A stretch of DNA of 64,000 nucleotides, from positions 3,883-67,882 of the forward strand of contig DJJA01000005.1 of NCBI GenBank assembly GCA_002433895.1, written 5' to 3'. How positions within the stretch are numbered: the stretch's first letter is position 1; each line of letters starts with the position of its first letter. Below are positions 61,283 through 64,000 of the stretch, piece by piece. The stretch is from Candidatus Gottesmanbacteria bacterium UBA6580. Its GTDB lineage: Bacteria > Patescibacteriota > Microgenomatia > UBA10105 > UBA927. The notes beneath the pieces were generated by a model. The model saw nothing but the letters and a program-made list of their open reading frames with translations. It was not told where the DNA came from and made no database searches. Position numbers and translations under genes: made by a program.

Positions 61283-62626
61283 ATGAGTACAAAGTACAAC
61301 CAGAATTCAACGATAGAACCACCAAAAATAGAATACTGTCTCTATGCTCGCAAGTCGTCAGAGTCGGATGAACGACAGGCAATGTCCATCGATTCTCAGA
61401 TTGACGAGATGCTTACATTAGCGAAGCGAGATAATCTCAAAATTAAGGAGGTTAAAAAAGAAAGCCACTCGGCAAAGATGTCAGGTTCTCGGCCAGTATT
61501 TACTCAACTCCTCCAAGAAATACGCCAAAAGAAGTTCAATGGAATCTTGACTTGGGCACCAGATCGATTGAGCCGTAATGCTGGCGACTTGGGATCAGTA
61601 GTCGATCTCATGGATCAGGGGAAGTTGGTAAAGATACAAACTTACTCTCAGAGTTTTACAAACAGTCCAAACGAAAAATTCCTCTTAATGATTCTATGTT
61701 CACAGGCAAAGTTAGAAAATGACAACAAAGGATTAAATGTTCAGCGAGGTTTGCGAACGAAGTGTTCAATGGGATGGAGACCAAGCATTGCTCCCGTAGG
61801 ATATCTAAATCAAGCTGGTGATGGTCACAAGGACGAACTAATCATTCTCGACCCCGACAGAGCTTCATTTGTCACTCAAATGTTTGAAAGGGTGGCAAAT
61901 CAAGGTCATAGCGGTAGGGCGATTAAACATTGGCTAGACAGAATAGGATTTAAAACTAGGAATGACAAACCAATACCTTTGAGTAAGGTTTATTCAACAC
62001 TTAATAACCCATTCTATTATGGTGAATTTGAATTCCCTGTAGGCAGTGGAACTTGGTACCAAGGTAAACATACGCCACTCGTGACAAAAGAACTTTTCGA
62101 TAAAGTCCAAGCTGTTTTACAAACAGTCCCGAAAGGCTACAAGAACAAGATTTTTCCTTTCAAAAGTATTTTTAGATGTGGTGGGTGTGGAGGTGGAGTA
62201 ACCGCCGAAGAAAAGATCAGGAAACTAAAACATGGTGGATACACCAAACACACTTATTACCATTGTGGCAGATCATTAAATTATGAATGTGATGAGCCAT
62301 ACATTACCGAAAGCGATCTCATAAAACAATTAATCGTCAATATCGACAAAATCAAATTTAATAACGCTGGAGTGTCACGAAAAATCCAGGAAGATATCGA
62401 GAGATATCACCGTCTCAAGTCCCAAGTCCTACATCAGGAATTTTTAGATGGTCACTTGGGAGAATATGAAAGAATTCCTAAAAGCACAGCCGACAAAAAC
62501 GATATGACAAAAAACTATCTCCTCCATATCCTCCAAGTGGGGACGGCTGAGGAGCGACAAGAGGCACTCACTTTCATCAAAACGAAGTTTATTCTGACAA
62601 ATAAAACGATAGTTATCCAGAAATAA
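61283..62626 (+). CDS. Large serine recombinase (integrase)
   Basis: YARKSS, DRLSRN, recombinase domain, Zn ribbon CGGC...YYHC...C. Confidence 0.93.
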   Translation: MSTKYNQNSTIEPPKIEYCLYARKSSESDERQAMSIDSQIDEMLTLAKRDNLKIKEVKKESHSAKMSGSRPVFTQLLQEIRQKKFNGILTWAPDRLSRNAGDLGSVVDLMDQGKLVKIQTYSQSFTNSPNEKFLLMILCSQAKLENDNKGLNVQRGLRTKCSMGWRPSIAPVGYLNQAGDGHKDELIILDPDRASFVTQMFERVANQGHSGRAIKHWLDRIGFKTRNDKPIPLSKVYSTLNNPFYYGEFEFPVGSGTWYQGKHTPLVTKELFDKVQAVLQTVPKGYKNKIFPFKSIFRCGGCGGGVTAEEKIRKLKHGGYTKHTYYHCGRSLNYECDEPYITESDLIKQLIVNIDKIKFNNAGVSRKIQEDIERYHRLKSQVLHQEFLDGHLGEYERIPKSTADKNDMTKNYLLHILQVGTAEERQEALTFIKTKFILTNKTIVIQK

Positions 62627-62803
62627 CGACATCTACAGGCGTGGGTGTTCTTCTCGTGGTCTTAAAACGGAGTGTCCCATTGGGGTTAATCCCTCTATTA
62701 CAGGATCTAAAACTCGATTTCGAACAAATCGAAGAAAAATTAGCAGGTGTTATCGGTCTTTTTTGAGCAGGCGAACGGGTCGCGCTGAACCTTACGATAC
62801 TTG

Positions 62804-62875
62804 TGAGCCCGCTGGGATTCGAACCCAGAACCAATAGCTTAAAAGGCTACTGCTCTACCGTTGAGCTACAGGCCC
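62804..62875 (-). tRNA. tRNA-Lys(UUU)
   Basis: Folded by hand: GGGCCTG/CGGGCTC acceptor stem, anticodon loop CTTTTAA, TTCGAAT T-loop; CCA not encoded. Confidence 0.95.
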
Positions 62876-63112
62876 GTGTATCAATTCGTTAATATACTTC
62901 TTACTCTTGTATGACTTTATTTGTTTTTCTCTGTTTCTCGCTTCAAGTTCAGTCGTGTATTCTTCAGTGTAAACCAATTCTTTAGTTCCTAACAATCGTG
63001 TTGTTCTGGTATTTCCGCTATTATGTTGTAGTAATCTTCTTTTTAGGTTAATGGTTGATCCAATATAAAAGCGATCTGTTGATCTATTCCATAGAATATA
63101 CAATCACGCCAT
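62855..63112 (-). CDS. Small GIY-YIG nuclease (possibly pseudogene)
   Basis: YIL...FYIGST.NL.RRL.QHN...ARNREKQIK; ATG-GCG-TGA-TTG start region; stop lies inside the tRNA. Confidence 0.8.
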
Positions 63113-63143
63113 ATAGATCTTGCCATACTCCTATTCAATCGAG

Positions 63144-63188
63144 GCTCTACCGCTTGCTCCGATTTTATCGGGGTTCAGCTATAGACCC
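63144..63188 (-). pseudogene. tRNA 5'-half remnant interrupted by a hairpin
   Basis: GGGTCTATAGCT[20 nt]CAAGCGGTAGAGC vs tRNA-Lys GGGCCTGTAGCTCAACGGTAGAGC. Confidence 0.6.
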
Positions 63189-63275
63189 CATTATGGAGAG
63201 ACTACCTTAACTTGTGTGGAACACAAATCAGATCGTTCAGCTTTGATTATAGCAAAGAAGAGGCACGGGGTAAAT

Positions 63276-64000
63276 TCATCGTTGCTGGACGCGTATTCCG
63301 GCAGTGTGGAGTACCTGCATAATGGCGGGAAGCGACGCGATAGCCGCGTCATATCCTTTTTGGATTATTGCCTCGCCGTGAAGGAACTGGGTGAGATTGA
63401 TAGACGATGTTGAGGCCACGGGTGGGGTAATGGTCACGTCCGCGTCCTTACATAATTGCTTCGCGAGATTGTACCGGAGCATCCAGACGGCAGCCACTCC
63501 AACGTCCGCCGCGGACGGCCGTTTGTCCGGGTTCGTGGTGCGGATAAACTCATACGTATCCAAATTTACGGCGATGACGTAGGTTGCCCCGAGGTCACGG
63601 GCGACACTCACTGGCACCGGGTTAGAGCCGCCTCCGTCGATTAAATAGGTTTTCCCAAAAAATGCCGCATCGACAAGCGCCGGGACAGAGCTACTCGCAC
63701 GGATTGCCTTGATGAGGCTACCGTGATTTATCGTCACCGCTTCGCCACTACTCATGTCTGTGGCAATTGCGGCGTAGGGGAGCGGCAAGTCCTCGATATT
63801 CTTCCTCCCTATCAAACGGGTAAGATGCTGCTCCAGTTTGAGTCCGCGGATAAGACCGGACTTGGAGCCAAAGTCTGCAAACGCGGCAATGATATCTTTG
63901 TACGTTAAGGATTTGGCGATGTGTTCTACTTTTTCGATAGATCCGAGCGAAAGATACATGCCGCCGATAAGCGCGCCCGCGCTCGCACCGGTAATGATGT
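63276..64000 (-). CDS. Patatin-like phospholipase (5'-truncated by the window edge)
   Basis: GASAG at the edge, AIRASSSVP, DGG, NPVPV. Confidence 0.9.
   Translation of the reverse strand, partial: IITGASAGALIGGMYLSLGSIEKVEHIAKSLTYKDIIAAFADFGSKSGLIRGLKLEQHLTRLIGRKNIEDLPLPYAAIATDMSSGEAVTINHGSLIKAIRASSSVPALVDAAFFGKTYLIDGGGSNPVPVSVARDLGATYVIAVNLDTYEFIRTTNPDKRPSAADVGVAAVWMLRYNLAKQLCKDADVTITPPVASTSSINLTQFLHGEAIIQKGYDAAIASLPAIMQVLHTAGIRVQQR

Larger units (their letters stand above)
25590..62825. mobile_element. ~37 kb integrative island in tRNA-Lys (serine recombinase, terminase module, defence-like genes, metal cargo)
   Basis: Composition shift; recombinase next to tRNA 3' end; 17/24 ungapped match between 25590-25613 and 62802-62825. 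Confidence 0.8.

Noticed and set aside
25590-62825. Intact prophage or ICE
   Set aside because: No recognisable capsid, portal, tail, lysis, relaxase or T4SS genes.
62680-62830. Plus-strand frame running into the antisense tRNA (…LVSPLGFEP), like a second recombinase C-terminus
   Set aside because: Interrupted by TGA at 62764, no start and no catalytic motif; at most a remnant.

Overview
Bacterial chromosome window, most likely from a Patescibacteria/CPR (Microgenomates-like) genome. This is an inference from gene content, many leaderless starts and CPR-type hypothetical proteins. Positions 1-25.56 kb are housekeeping: lemA-htpX, murT-gatD, gatCAB, dnaE, a full F1Fo ATP synthase operon, pyrG, rplS, fbp/aldolase and nth. 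Positions ~25,590-62,825 are a visibly AT-richer ~37 kb island inserted at the 3' end of tRNA-Lys(UUU), with a degenerate copy of the tRNA 3' end at its far boundary. The island carries four modules: (i) a large serine recombinase and an excisionase-like HTH; (ii) three consecutive PD-(D/E)XK-like genes that look like an undescribed defence system; (iii) a ParB-methyltransferase, small terminase and large terminase, with no recognisable capsid, portal, tail or replication gene; (iv) ~24 kb of copper/heavy-metal and thiol-redox cargo. The cargo's regulatory wiring can be read from the DNA: 7 OmpR-type tandem boxes, 3-4 BlaI-type palindromes and 1 ArsR palindrome. Right of the tRNA, a small GIY-YIG gene lies between a hairpin-interrupted tRNA 5' half and the intact tRNA. 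A partial patatin gene ends the window. No CRISPR array or rRNA was seen. All product calls come from motif recognition, not database searches.
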